Below are positions 18,086 to 27,441 of a stretch of DNA of 64,000 nucleotides, in pieces. Under the pieces are notes generated by a model, which was given only the letters and a program-made list of their open reading frames with translations, did not search any database and had not been told where the DNA came from. Numbering within the stretch: the first letter of the stretch is position 1; each line of letters starts with the position of its first letter. The stretch comes from Acidobacteriota bacterium (GTDB lineage Bacteria; Acidobacteriota; UBA890; WLXD01). Location: the NCBI GenBank assembly GCA_965248695.1, contig CBDFKD010000002.1:928001-992000 (forward strand), written 5' to 3'. The translations under genes were made by a program, and so were the position numbers.

Positions 18086-19975
18086 GTGATCAGCTTCCGA
18101 AACGTCACCAAGACGTACTTCACGAACATTGACGCGTCGCGCAAGAATGCGATGCGGCGGATCATCAGCCCTTTCCAGCCGGGTCGCCGCCCGCTGCGGC
18201 CTACTCAGAAGTTCAGCCTGGAGGGCCTGTCGTTCGAGGTCCAACGGGGCGAGACGGCCCTCATTCTGGGCCCCAAGGGGTCGGGCAAGGAGACCGCTGC
18301 GCGTCTGATCTGTGGTCTGACGTCGCCGAGCTCGGGAACAGTGACGGTCAATGGCACGACGCGTCTCGTCAAGCCTCAGCGGCTGGGCGCCACGCCGGTG
18401 ATGCGACTGCGCGAGTACGCCCGGCTCGTTGCTCTCCTTCTCGGGGAGGACTCGCGCAACGTCGCGCGGACGGTGGAGACCCTCCTGGAAGGCTGCCATG
18501 TCTCGGCGTGGGAGGACATTTACCTACACAACGTGCCGGACGAAGCTGTGAAGAGGCTCGGGTTTTACGCCTCCCTGATGATCGACGCTGACGTCTACGT
18601 ATTCGACAATGTGGTTGGGCTTCGCACCGCAGATCGCGAGTTCCGCGAACAGGTGGACGCGCGTATCGCCGACATCGTCGCTTCCAAGACAGTAGTGTTT
18701 CTGCTCTCCAAGACGCCCCGAATTTCCGCCGACCACAGCTTCATCATGCACCGCGGGAAGTTCATCTACGAGGGCCAACCAGAGCTCACGGCAGCGGTGT
18801 ACGACGGTCTGTCCGCGACCTTCGAGGAGGTCGGAGAGGCGGCATTGTCGGAGAGCCTGGCTACAACGATTGCCGAGGTCGAGGAGACGTTCGACGGCTC
18901 GCAGGGACTGGCTGTCTCCCCCGATGAGGTGGAGCGGGTCGACCATCACCTGACCGTGAGCCTCGATGCAGAGAAGGAACTGGAGAAAATCGCCGGCGGC
19001 GGCCGGCCGATCATCGTAGGGCCGTATCTGGGAAGCATCGAGCTGGAGTTGCTCTTCTGGATACCTTGGATTCGATGGCTGGTGCGGCACTTCGAGATCC
19101 GACCCGATCGTCTCGTCTGTGTCTCGCGGGGCGGCGCCGACGACTGGTACAACGAGCTCGGCGCACGCTACGTCGATGCGCTGGACCTGATGTCGCCCAG
19201 CGACCTCGAGGATCGCCACGAGCGAAGATTCCGAGACGGTCGACATCGTCAGATGACCGTCGAACTGCTCGACAAGGTGCTCTTCACCCGCGCCCTGGCC
19301 AAGGCGGGGATCTCCGACCGGGAAGACGCCGACTGGCTGCATCCGTCGACCTTTTTTCAACTGTTCATGCCGACCTGGCGCGGCACAATCGCCCCATCGT
19401 TCATGTTGGAAAGGATGTCGGTGGAGCCTGTGCGCGGGCACCGGCGGGGGTCGGCGGCAGACGGTCGACCCAGAGTCGCTGTGTGGTTCGGGGCAACCCC
19501 CTATCTGCGATGGAACGCGGCCATTGAAGTGGTTCTGCGCCACACGCTCACGACGATCGCCCGGGACGCGCTGGTGATCGACGCGCTGACCGGTCAGACC
19601 GCCGACCCGCCGTTCGACGCCATACTCAGTGCCTTCGGCCGCTCGCCCGAGCTACAGGGTGCGCTGACTACACGTGACAGTCTCCAGCGGGCCACCGATA
19701 CGATTGCCAACGCCGATGTGTATGTTGGCGCGTACGGCAGCTTCTCCTACCTGGCGCCGTTGTGTGGGGTTCCGGCCGTGTCGCTCTACACGGAGCCGGC
19801 AAAGTACCGGCCGAGCCCCCACGGGATCCTGGCGGTGAACCTGCACGTCGGCAGGTTGCTCTTGGAGCAACTCTCCGGGAGCCTGCCGCTGGCCTTCGAG
19901 GCGTCTTCCGTATCCGCCGAGGAGCTCTCCTCGCTGATCCGCGGTGAGTTGGCCCAGCGCCGCGAGATGACCTGA
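18086..19975 (+). CDS. Wzt-like ABC ATP-binding domain (degenerate) fused to a C-terminal GT9-like 'domain B'
   Basis: ISFRNVTKTY, LEGLSFEVQRGE, altered Walker A GPKGSGKE, altered Walker B VYVFDN; C-terminal IIVGPYLGSIELELLFWIPW. Confidence 0.7.
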   Translation: MISFRNVTKTYFTNIDASRKNAMRRIISPFQPGRRPLRPTQKFSLEGLSFEVQRGETALILGPKGSGKETAARLICGLTSPSSGTVTVNGTTRLVKPQRLGATPVMRLREYARLVALLLGEDSRNVARTVETLLEGCHVSAWEDIYLHNVPDEAVKRLGFYASLMIDADVYVFDNVVGLRTADREFREQVDARIADIVASKTVVFLLSKTPRISADHSFIMHRGKFIYEGQPELTAAVYDGLSATFEEVGEAALSESLATTIAEVEETFDGSQGLAVSPDEVERVDHHLTVSLDAEKELEKIAGGGRPIIVGPYLGSIELELLFWIPWIRWLVRHFEIRPDRLVCVSRGGADDWYNELGARYVDALDLMSPSDLEDRHERRFRDGRHRQMTVELLDKVLFTRALAKAGISDREDADWLHPSTFFQLFMPTWRGTIAPSFMLERMSVEPVRGHRRGSAADGRPRVAVWFGATPYLRWNAAIEVVLRHTLTTIARDALVIDALTGQTADPPFDAILSAFGRSPELQGALTTRDSLQRATDTIANADVYVGAYGSFSYLAPLCGVPAVSLYTEPAKYRPSPHGILAVNLHVGRLLLEQLSGSLPLAFEASSVSAEELSSLIRGELAQRREMT

Positions 19976-19982
19976 CCGGCGG

Positions 19983-20804
19983 TCAGAGAACCTCGTCGAC
20001 ACCGATGCGAACGGTGCGCTCGTAGAAGTGCAACGAGAGGGCAGACAGCACCAGGAACCCTGCGATGGTAGCGACGAAGAGAGCGAAGTCGGCAGCCAAT
20101 CCACCCGTGAACCAGGCACGCGGCACGTCAACCAGATAGGTCAACGGATTCCACTTGTTGATCGTGTGGAGGGGTCCGCTCTCCGGCGTCACGTAGAAGA
20201 TGGGCGCTGTCCAAATCAGCAGGCTGGACAGCAGCGGAAGCCCGTAGCGCAGGTCGAGGTACACCAGGTTCAACGGTGCGATCAGGGCACCGATCGCCAG
20301 ACCTGAAACCGCGATCAGCGGCAAGCTCAGGAGGCCGTAGAATACGCCGACACCGGGACTCGCTCCGAACAGGACCAACGCTCCCGCGAGCATCATGGTG
20401 TAGAACACGGCGTTGAAGCCCACGTAGAAGCAGGCCGCCGCCAGGATCGCCTTGTACGGAAACCGCACCCGTGACAGGAGCCTGCGCGTGCGCCGCATGA
20501 CCCACTGGGGGTAGAACAAAGCGTCCCAGAACACCTGCCACATGAGCATGCCGGCGAAAGCGAATAACGGGTACGGAACCCCGAGATCGGCGCCGGCCGC
20601 AAAATTGAACTGCGAGCCGACCAGGATGATCGGAACCCCTACCAGGAGCGGTCGGAGGCAGGCCCAGCTGTAGCCGAAGTAGGTCAGCTTGAAGCGGTAC
20701 TGGAAGTCGCGCCTGAATAGCAGGAATCCGAGGACCATGAGATCGCGCGCACGCCGGTATCTTGTATCCGACCAGTTCGGTACCGTTGCGACCTGTTTCT
20801 CCAT
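19983..20804 (-). CDS. wzm: ABC-2 polysaccharide export permease (Wzm-like)
   Basis: RDFQYRFKLTYFGYSWACLRP, VPYPLF, LLSRVRFP, APIFY, NPLTYLVD; six TM segments. Confidence 0.82.
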   Translation of the reverse strand: MEKQVATVPNWSDTRYRRARDLMVLGFLLFRRDFQYRFKLTYFGYSWACLRPLLVGVPIILVGSQFNFAAGADLGVPYPLFAFAGMLMWQVFWDALFYPQWVMRRTRRLLSRVRFPYKAILAAACFYVGFNAVFYTMMLAGALVLFGASPGVGVFYGLLSLPLIAVSGLAIGALIAPLNLVYLDLRYGLPLLSSLLIWTAPIFYVTPESGPLHTINKWNPLTYLVDVPRAWFTGGLAADFALFVATIAGFLVLSALSLHFYERTVRIGVDEVL

Positions 20805-20939
20805 TCATCACCTGGCTGGCATCGGGGTACCCGGAACCGTGGACCGGACCATTCTACGCTCGTCCCTACGACAAGAGCGCCGCGGCAGGGCAGAACTTCA
20901 GCCCCTGGTGGGACGACGGTCGATGTCGAGAGTGATCCA

Positions 20940-23015
20940 GTGAGCGGCGGGGCGGCGCATTCCCCCGAGTACGCGTCCTACCAGCGCGTTCGCGCAGCCG
21001 TTCATCTGCTGAAGACCGTCGAGGCCCAACCGGGTGGGATCTTCGAGCCCTCGGACTATTGGCAGGAGGAGCTCGCGAACTTCGGCTACATGCTCGAGGC
21101 GAGCCCGCTGGTCATCGCCAAGCTCAGGCACCACTGCTATCACGTAACCGGCCTGAAGCCCTACGACTACCAGAAAGTGAGCGCTGGACGCCGCGCCGCG
21201 TTTCGCACCAGGTTCACGCAGCTCACAGGCGCCGCCGACGACGCACTCCTGGTGCCGGAATCGCCAATCCTGGGTGGCTTTGGCTACCAGATCGACGGGA
21301 ATCTCTACAACGTCGATACGCTGAAGTACTTCGAGGTGCTCTCCGGCCTGGACCGGGCGCGGATACTCGATCGGCGGTTCCGCAACCCCAGCGGCCGCCG
21401 CCTCGTGTGGGAAGTGGGCGGCGGTTGGGGCGGCCTCGCATACCAGTTCAAGACGCTCTTCCCGGATGTCACCTACGTGATCACCGACTTCGCCGAGCTG
21501 TTCCTCTTCTCGGCCGTATACCTACTGACAGCGTTTCCGGGAGCCCGTGTACGAATCGCCGGCGAGACGCCGGCAGAGGAGTGTCTCCGGGATTGGCAAG
21601 ATGCCGACTTCGTGTTCCTCCCGCAAAGTCGGCCCGACCTCATCCAGCAGGTGCGACCGGATCTGCTGCTGAATACAATCTCGTTCCAGGAGATGACGAC
21701 CGCCCAGGTCGAGACCTATCTCGAGACGGCAGTCAGTGCCCGATGCCCCTTCGTCTACAGCTACAACCGTGATTGCTCGCTCTACAACCAGCAACTCGGC
21801 AGTGTGCGGGAGTGCCTGGGCAATCACTACGAGACTGTCGAGCTGCCGCTACTGGGTGCCGACTATACGGCTGCGGTAAAGGGCAGCCGTGTCGGGCAAC
21901 GTGAACAGCGCTACTTGAAGGTCCTTGAGGACACCGGGTACCGACACGTGCTCGGATATCTACCCCGCCCGGAGGCCACCAGGTCGCCCGATCGGCCCGT
22001 GTCACCGGCGATTTCGTCGGCAATCGACGCTAGTCCGCCGTCTCGCCCGCGGGTCGCACTGGGAATGACCCTCTACAACGGGGGGCGTTTTCTGGAGCAG
22101 GCCCTCACGTCCGTGCTCGCACAAACGCTCGAGGACTTCGTCCTGGCGATCGTCGACGACGGCTCCACAGATGGGTCTGGAGACGTGGCCAAACGCATCG
22201 CCGAGAAGGATGCCCGCGTCGTGTTGCACCGCAACGATCGACGGACCGGAATGGTCGCAGCGTGGCGCCAGGCTTTCGAGCTGGCGCAGACGGCGAGTCA
22301 GGAGGCCGAGTATTTCGCCTGGGTAAGCGATCACGACATCTGGCATCGCAAGTGGCTCGAGACCTTGGTCCAGGAGCTGGACCAGAACGGCGAGTTGGCC
22401 CTGGCGTACCCCCTGACCCAGTTCGTCGACCCCAACGGGGAGTTGGCTTATAAGCAAGTCCCGCTGTTCACGAACCATGGTTTCGGCAAGGTCCCGGCGC
22501 GGTTTCGTTACACCACAGGCAACCTCCGCGGCTGCGGCAACATGGTCTATGGGCTGTTCCGTCGTCGGGCGCTCCGGTCGGCCGGTGTATTCCGATCCAC
22601 CCTGCTACCCGATCGGCTCCTGATGATCGAGCTATCGCTCCACGGACGCACCAAACAGGTGTTCTCTGCCTATTGGTATCGAAGGCAGCTTTCCGAATCG
22701 AGCCTCTTGCGGCAGCAGGAAAGCCTCTTCGCAGACGGGAAGCTACCTTGGGCGGCGCAGTTACCATGGCCGCTTGCATTCGTGCAGACCCTCTTTGGCG
22801 AGTACGTCTTGAACCGCGGCAGCGCCCGGAACCTGGCGCACCGCGGAGTCGGTAGTTGGAGGTTCCTCCGACTGTTGCAGGTGTTGTACAGGGACGAAGT
22901 TGCCGGCATACGACACAAGAAGGACATTCAGAAGCGCAAGTTGCTCAGAGCACGCAGGCAATCGGAAGCGGCAGCCGAGCCGCGGTCGGCGACCGCGAAA
23001 GAGACGCGGCACTAG
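20940..23015 (+). CDS. Putative sugar O-methyltransferase fused to a GT2 glycosyltransferase
   Basis: N-terminal VWEVGGGWGGLAY and NTISFQEM; C-terminal GMTLYNG, IVDDGSTD, AWVSDHD. Confidence 0.8.
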   Translation: MSGGAAHSPEYASYQRVRAAVHLLKTVEAQPGGIFEPSDYWQEELANFGYMLEASPLVIAKLRHHCYHVTGLKPYDYQKVSAGRRAAFRTRFTQLTGAADDALLVPESPILGGFGYQIDGNLYNVDTLKYFEVLSGLDRARILDRRFRNPSGRRLVWEVGGGWGGLAYQFKTLFPDVTYVITDFAELFLFSAVYLLTAFPGARVRIAGETPAEECLRDWQDADFVFLPQSRPDLIQQVRPDLLLNTISFQEMTTAQVETYLETAVSARCPFVYSYNRDCSLYNQQLGSVRECLGNHYETVELPLLGADYTAAVKGSRVGQREQRYLKVLEDTGYRHVLGYLPRPEATRSPDRPVSPAISSAIDASPPSRPRVALGMTLYNGGRFLEQALTSVLAQTLEDFVLAIVDDGSTDGSGDVAKRIAEKDARVVLHRNDRRTGMVAAWRQAFELAQTASQEAEYFAWVSDHDIWHRKWLETLVQELDQNGELALAYPLTQFVDPNGELAYKQVPLFTNHGFGKVPARFRYTTGNLRGCGNMVYGLFRRRALRSAGVFRSTLLPDRLLMIELSLHGRTKQVFSAYWYRRQLSESSLLRQQESLFADGKLPWAAQLPWPLAFVQTLFGEYVLNRGSARNLAHRGVGSWRFLRLLQVLYRDEVAGIRHKKDIQKRKLLRARRQSEAAAEPRSATAKETRH

Positions 23016-23064
23016 CTGGCCGCATCCGGCGCTCGCCGAGTCGTTCAAGCGAGCGACAGAGGTG

Positions 23065-24471
23065 TCAGGCGCGAAGAAGCTGTTCCACCGGCATGTCACA
23101 CACGCTCCTGGGCTTCGCCCCGCCGCCCAGCTTCGCCACCGCTGCCGCGCCGAGCTCCCCGGCGTTGACGTCCAGTCCCTGTGGCCTGACGAACTCGGAG
23201 AGGAAGGCCTGGCGGGATGCGGCGCGATCGTCTTGTCCCGCGGCGACGGCCTCGAGTTGGGCCACCGCCTCGCCCACACCGCGAGCCACGTTCAGGGCCT
23301 CCGAGTCGAGCAGGTGCCGGAAGTGCTGGGCCCGCAACTGCGTCTTCTCGTACTGCTTGGTAACGATCGCCACGCACGGGCGGCCGAGAATTAGCGCGTC
23401 GATCATCGCGGTGGTGTTGATCCCGGCGATCGCCGCCGCGTGCTGAACGCTGTCTCGGAAGTCGGCCTGCATGCCGCCGCTCTCGGGCAACTGCCCATCG
23501 GGCGGCCAAACCGCGACGCGGGAATTCGATTGGGCAAGCTCACCAAATGGCGTCGCGTTTGCCGGGTGCGGGCGGATCATGATGCTGGCTCCGCGGAGCG
23601 TCTCAGACTTGTCCAACGCTTCGAGCAAATCGGCTACGAGCCACGACTCGTCCTTGGCGATGTTCTTGGACGACCCGAGATAGAGCACGAACGGCGCGTC
23701 GACTGGCAGCCCGGCGCGGCGCAGCAACTCTGGTCGGTCCACAGCGTCGTGATGGCTATTGAACCACTTGTCGAAGAACGGCGCCCCGGTGAGGAGAATG
23801 TGGCTCTCCGAGATTCCGTGATATCGAACCGCCTCCGAAGCGTGCGCCCGGTTCCAGGCGAGGAGCAAGTCGGGGCGTACGTTGATCAGCCCCTTGGTGC
23901 TCATGTTGTCCCAGCTCAGCACCAGAACCGCGGTCGGGATGCCGAGGGACTTGGCAGCCTTGACGTATTCGATCTCCTCCGTGAAGCGCATGTTCGCCGG
24001 CGATGCAAGAACGACGTCGGGGGCAACGCGCCGCAGATCGGCGACCACGTTCTTGGCGGCGGGCGCCAGCGCCTCGAGTCCGCGCATCGCAACCGACAGC
24101 GCCTTCTGCCCCAGCAGCCAGCGGACAGCAGCCCGGCGATCGACGCGCTTGAAGTTGGGACCGAGGTAGGCGCGCCAGCGATCAAGATAGTAGCTCGATT
24201 GTTCGGAGCGCCGCAGATAGCTGCCGTAGCTGCGTAGCTCCCGCAGCGCGAACAGCGGCGCCCTGAGTCGGTCCCGGCGTGTTTCCGACCAGCGCGATAC
24301 GACGTCTGAATTCTGCTCGAGAAACTCCTGCAATGATACATCGGAGTTGCCGCTGCTCCACCTCTCGTCGAAGCGCAGCTCCAGATCGTGGTCGCGTCGA
24401 CGCAGCGCTTCGAGGAGGCTGCGATAATAGGTGAAATGGTAGACGGAGCGGCCGACGAACAATACGCGCAT
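23065..24471 (-). CDS. GT-B fold putative glycosyltransferase ('domain A', stand-alone)
   Basis: LSWDNMSTKG, LAWN, TGAPFFD, IRPHPAN, GINTTAMIDA. Confidence 0.65.
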   Translation of the reverse strand: MRVLFVGRSVYHFTYYRSLLEALRRRDHDLELRFDERWSSGNSDVSLQEFLEQNSDVVSRWSETRRDRLRAPLFALRELRSYGSYLRRSEQSSYYLDRWRAYLGPNFKRVDRRAAVRWLLGQKALSVAMRGLEALAPAAKNVVADLRRVAPDVVLASPANMRFTEEIEYVKAAKSLGIPTAVLVLSWDNMSTKGLINVRPDLLLAWNRAHASEAVRYHGISESHILLTGAPFFDKWFNSHHDAVDRPELLRRAGLPVDAPFVLYLGSSKNIAKDESWLVADLLEALDKSETLRGASIMIRPHPANATPFGELAQSNSRVAVWPPDGQLPESGGMQADFRDSVQHAAAIAGINTTAMIDALILGRPCVAIVTKQYEKTQLRAQHFRHLLDSEALNVARGVGEAVAQLEAVAAGQDDRAASRQAFLSEFVRPQGLDVNAGELGAAAVAKLGGGAKPRSVCDMPVEQLLRA

Positions 24472-24637
24472 GTCAACAGCGGTGGCAGGGGCCCGGATCG
24501 AGCCCCACGGGTGGAGACCTGACCGACCCGGGCGGGATTCTCGTGGGATTCATTCTCCGCAGACGGCCCCGCGGACACAATACCGTACCCACCCTCCGAT
24601 CACCGTACAGCAATGACCCAGTGACGGGCCATCTGAG

Positions 24638-27427
24638 ATGAAGATCCTCTTTTCGATGCACCACTCCGGAGCGATCCGCAACTTCGGGTCGGTACTCCGC
24701 GGCCTCGCCGACAGAGGGCACGATCTTCATCTGTCGTTCGTCATGACCGACAAGATCGGCGACGAGCGCATCGTCATGGAGCTGTCGAACGATTATCCGA
24801 GAGTCACTTACAGCTGGCTCCCGAAGCGAGGCGGGGTTCGCTGGTTCGATTTCGTCCGGGCGCTCAGACTCACTATCGATCTGCTGCGCTACCGGCTGCC
24901 GATGTACGCCGATGCCAAGTCGCTGCGAGCTCGGGCCGAGCGTCGGGTCTCGCAACCGACCCGATGGTTGACCAGGATCCCGATCTTTCGCTGGAGGTGG
25001 TTCAATCGCGCGACACACCGAGTGTTGCTGATGATCGAGCGCATGATTCCGGTAGATCCGGTGATCGAGGCGGACGCACTGACGCGGGAGCCCGACCTAC
25101 TACTCGTTACCCCGCTCGTCGACTTGGGCTCCGACCAGGTGGACTACATCAAGACAGCCAAGAAGCACGGTATCCGTTCGGGCCTGTGCGTGCACAGTTG
25201 GGACAACCTCACCAACAAAGGCCTGATGCGGATTATCCCCGACCGCGTCTATGTGTGGAACCAGTCGCAACTCGACGAGGCCGTCGTCCACCACGGCGCC
25301 ACCGCGTCACAGGTGGTGGTTACGGGTGCCTCTTCGTACGACTACTGGTTTGATCGTGAACCCAGCCGCGCCCCGGACACCTTCAAGCAGGAAGTCGGCC
25401 TCGAGCCCGACGCGCCCTACCTGCTGTACCTCTGTTCGGCACCCTTCATCGCCCCCACTGAGCTTGACTTCATTGAAGAGTGGGTCGGCGCCGTCCGGTC
25501 CTCCGACGATCCGATGCTGCGCGACATCGGTGTGCTGGTGCGACCCCATCCTGAAAACCGCCAGCCCTGGCATCGAGGCGACCTGAGCGCGCTTGGGAAT
25601 ACGGCGGTTTGGCCGCTGCAGGGAGGCAACCCGGTAAATCGCAGCTCCCGCAGTGACTACTACGACTCGATCTTCCATAGCTGTGGCGTTGTCGGCATCA
25701 ACACCAGCGGCCAGATCGAGGCGGGCATCGTCGGCCGAAAGGTCTTTACGCTACGGCGCCCCGAGTTCGCCGACAGCCAGACGGGAACCCTGCACTTCCG
25801 CCACTTGACCGATGTGGGCGGCGGTTTGGTGCAAGTGGGCGCCGACCTCGCGGAGCACCTCGGCCAGCTTCAAGAGCACGTTAACGGCAACCAAGACGGT
25901 GCCGCTGCGCGCCAGTTCGTTGGCGAGTTCGTGCGGCCGCACGGTCTTGAAGTGAACGCCACCGGACTGTTCCTCGAGGCGCTCCAAGCACAGGGTGCGA
26001 CTCCCCGACCGAAGCCACAAAAGACTCCTATTTGGCTCCTGCCACTACGGTGGCTGTTCGCCCCTGTGGCCGCTGTCATGCACTGGAAGAGCCGGCTGAT
26101 CAGACAGCGCCGCAAAGCGGAGCGCGCGGCGCACGCGGGCGGCAGTCTGCTGGCCCAGGTTCTCGCGGCGCCTCGCAAGCTAGCGGTTCAGAGCCTCTAC
26201 GGAATTCTGTCGCGCAAGCGCGTCCGCAACTTCCTCAACGTGTACGTGATCCCGCGAGTTGCCGACGAGCAACTGGCATTCCGAGAGATGGCGGCGACCA
26301 GGCAGCAGGTCCAGCGGTTGGCGCGCAGCCCTAAAGACACGATCATCGTCGGCCCTTGGCTCAGCGAGGTCGGGTTCGAGGTGCTGTACTGGATCCCTTT
26401 CCTCAACTGGGTCCGAACCTACCGCGACTTCGACCGCAAGCGTCTGTTCGTCGTCTCACGCGGCGGCGTAGCCCACTGGTACAAGACGGTTACCGACAAC
26501 TACTTCGACATCCTCGACTTCATGACCCCCGACGACTATGTGCGCTTCAACGAGGAGCGCCTGGCGCAGGGCAAACAGAAGCAGCGGGCGATGTCGAAAT
26601 TCGATCGCGACATCTTGGGAATCACCAAGCAGGTTCTGAGGCAAAAAGACGCCGAGATCCTCCATCCGGCGACGATGTACAACTTGTTCATGCCCTATTG
26701 GAAGCGCCGCGCATCGATCGGCCTTGTGGAGCGTTTCGCGGTCTACTGCAAGCACCCGCAGATCGACTGTAGCGACATCGAGGAGCGGCTTCCGGACAGC
26801 TACATCGCAACGCGCTTCTACTTCAACGATTCGTTCCCGGAGACGGATCAAAACCGCTTGTTCATCGCCCAGTTGCTGGCCCGACTCACCCGACATCACG
26901 ATGTGGTGTTGCTGAACCCCGGTTTCGCGATGGACGATCACAGCGACTTCAGCCCTGAAGGTCTCGAACGGATACACACGATCGACGACCTGATGACACC
27001 GAGCACCAACCTCGAGCTGCAGACCAAAGTCATCAGCCGCGCCAAAGCGTATGTCGGAACCTACGGTGGGCTTTCGTATCTGCCACCTTTCTACGGAGTC
27101 AGCTCGCTCGCGCTGTACTCGCACCGGCAAGGGTTTCTGTACCACCACCTGGAGTTCGCCAACCGCCTCTTCACGTGTATGGACGACGCTACGTTCACAG
27201 CGATGGACGTGCGCGATACCGACCTGCTCAACATCATCACGGCGGACGGCTTCTTCCCGACGACACCTTCACGCGGCCGTGGCAAGCGGGTCGTGCTTAC
27301 CGGACCGGGCAGCCTCGACACCGAGAAGACAGAGCAGGTGCAGGCGAAGATGGAGGTCCCCTCCTTTCTCACGCCCGACGCGGGGGAGCAAGGAGGTGCA
27401 CGAAGCCCTGATGCCGAGAGCAGCTGA
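24638..27427 (+). CDS. Two-domain putative glycosyltransferase/polymerase (domain A + domain B)
   Basis: A: HSWDNLTNKG, VRPHPEN, GINTSGQIEA. Basic amphipathic linker. B: IIVGPWLSEVGFEVLYWIPF, AYVGTYGGLSY. Confidence 0.7.
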   Translation: MKILFSMHHSGAIRNFGSVLRGLADRGHDLHLSFVMTDKIGDERIVMELSNDYPRVTYSWLPKRGGVRWFDFVRALRLTIDLLRYRLPMYADAKSLRARAERRVSQPTRWLTRIPIFRWRWFNRATHRVLLMIERMIPVDPVIEADALTREPDLLLVTPLVDLGSDQVDYIKTAKKHGIRSGLCVHSWDNLTNKGLMRIIPDRVYVWNQSQLDEAVVHHGATASQVVVTGASSYDYWFDREPSRAPDTFKQEVGLEPDAPYLLYLCSAPFIAPTELDFIEEWVGAVRSSDDPMLRDIGVLVRPHPENRQPWHRGDLSALGNTAVWPLQGGNPVNRSSRSDYYDSIFHSCGVVGINTSGQIEAGIVGRKVFTLRRPEFADSQTGTLHFRHLTDVGGGLVQVGADLAEHLGQLQEHVNGNQDGAAARQFVGEFVRPHGLEVNATGLFLEALQAQGATPRPKPQKTPIWLLPLRWLFAPVAAVMHWKSRLIRQRRKAERAAHAGGSLLAQVLAAPRKLAVQSLYGILSRKRVRNFLNVYVIPRVADEQLAFREMAATRQQVQRLARSPKDTIIVGPWLSEVGFEVLYWIPFLNWVRTYRDFDRKRLFVVSRGGVAHWYKTVTDNYFDILDFMTPDDYVRFNEERLAQGKQKQRAMSKFDRDILGITKQVLRQKDAEILHPATMYNLFMPYWKRRASIGLVERFAVYCKHPQIDCSDIEERLPDSYIATRFYFNDSFPETDQNRLFIAQLLARLTRHHDVVLLNPGFAMDDHSDFSPEGLERIHTIDDLMTPSTNLELQTKVISRAKAYVGTYGGLSYLPPFYGVSSLALYSHRQGFLYHHLEFANRLFTCMDDATFTAMDVRDTDLLNIITADGFFPTTPSRGRGKRVVLTGPGSLDTEKTEQVQAKMEVPSFLTPDAGEQGGARSPDAESS

Positions 27428-27441
27428 TTGAAGGCAGCTTT

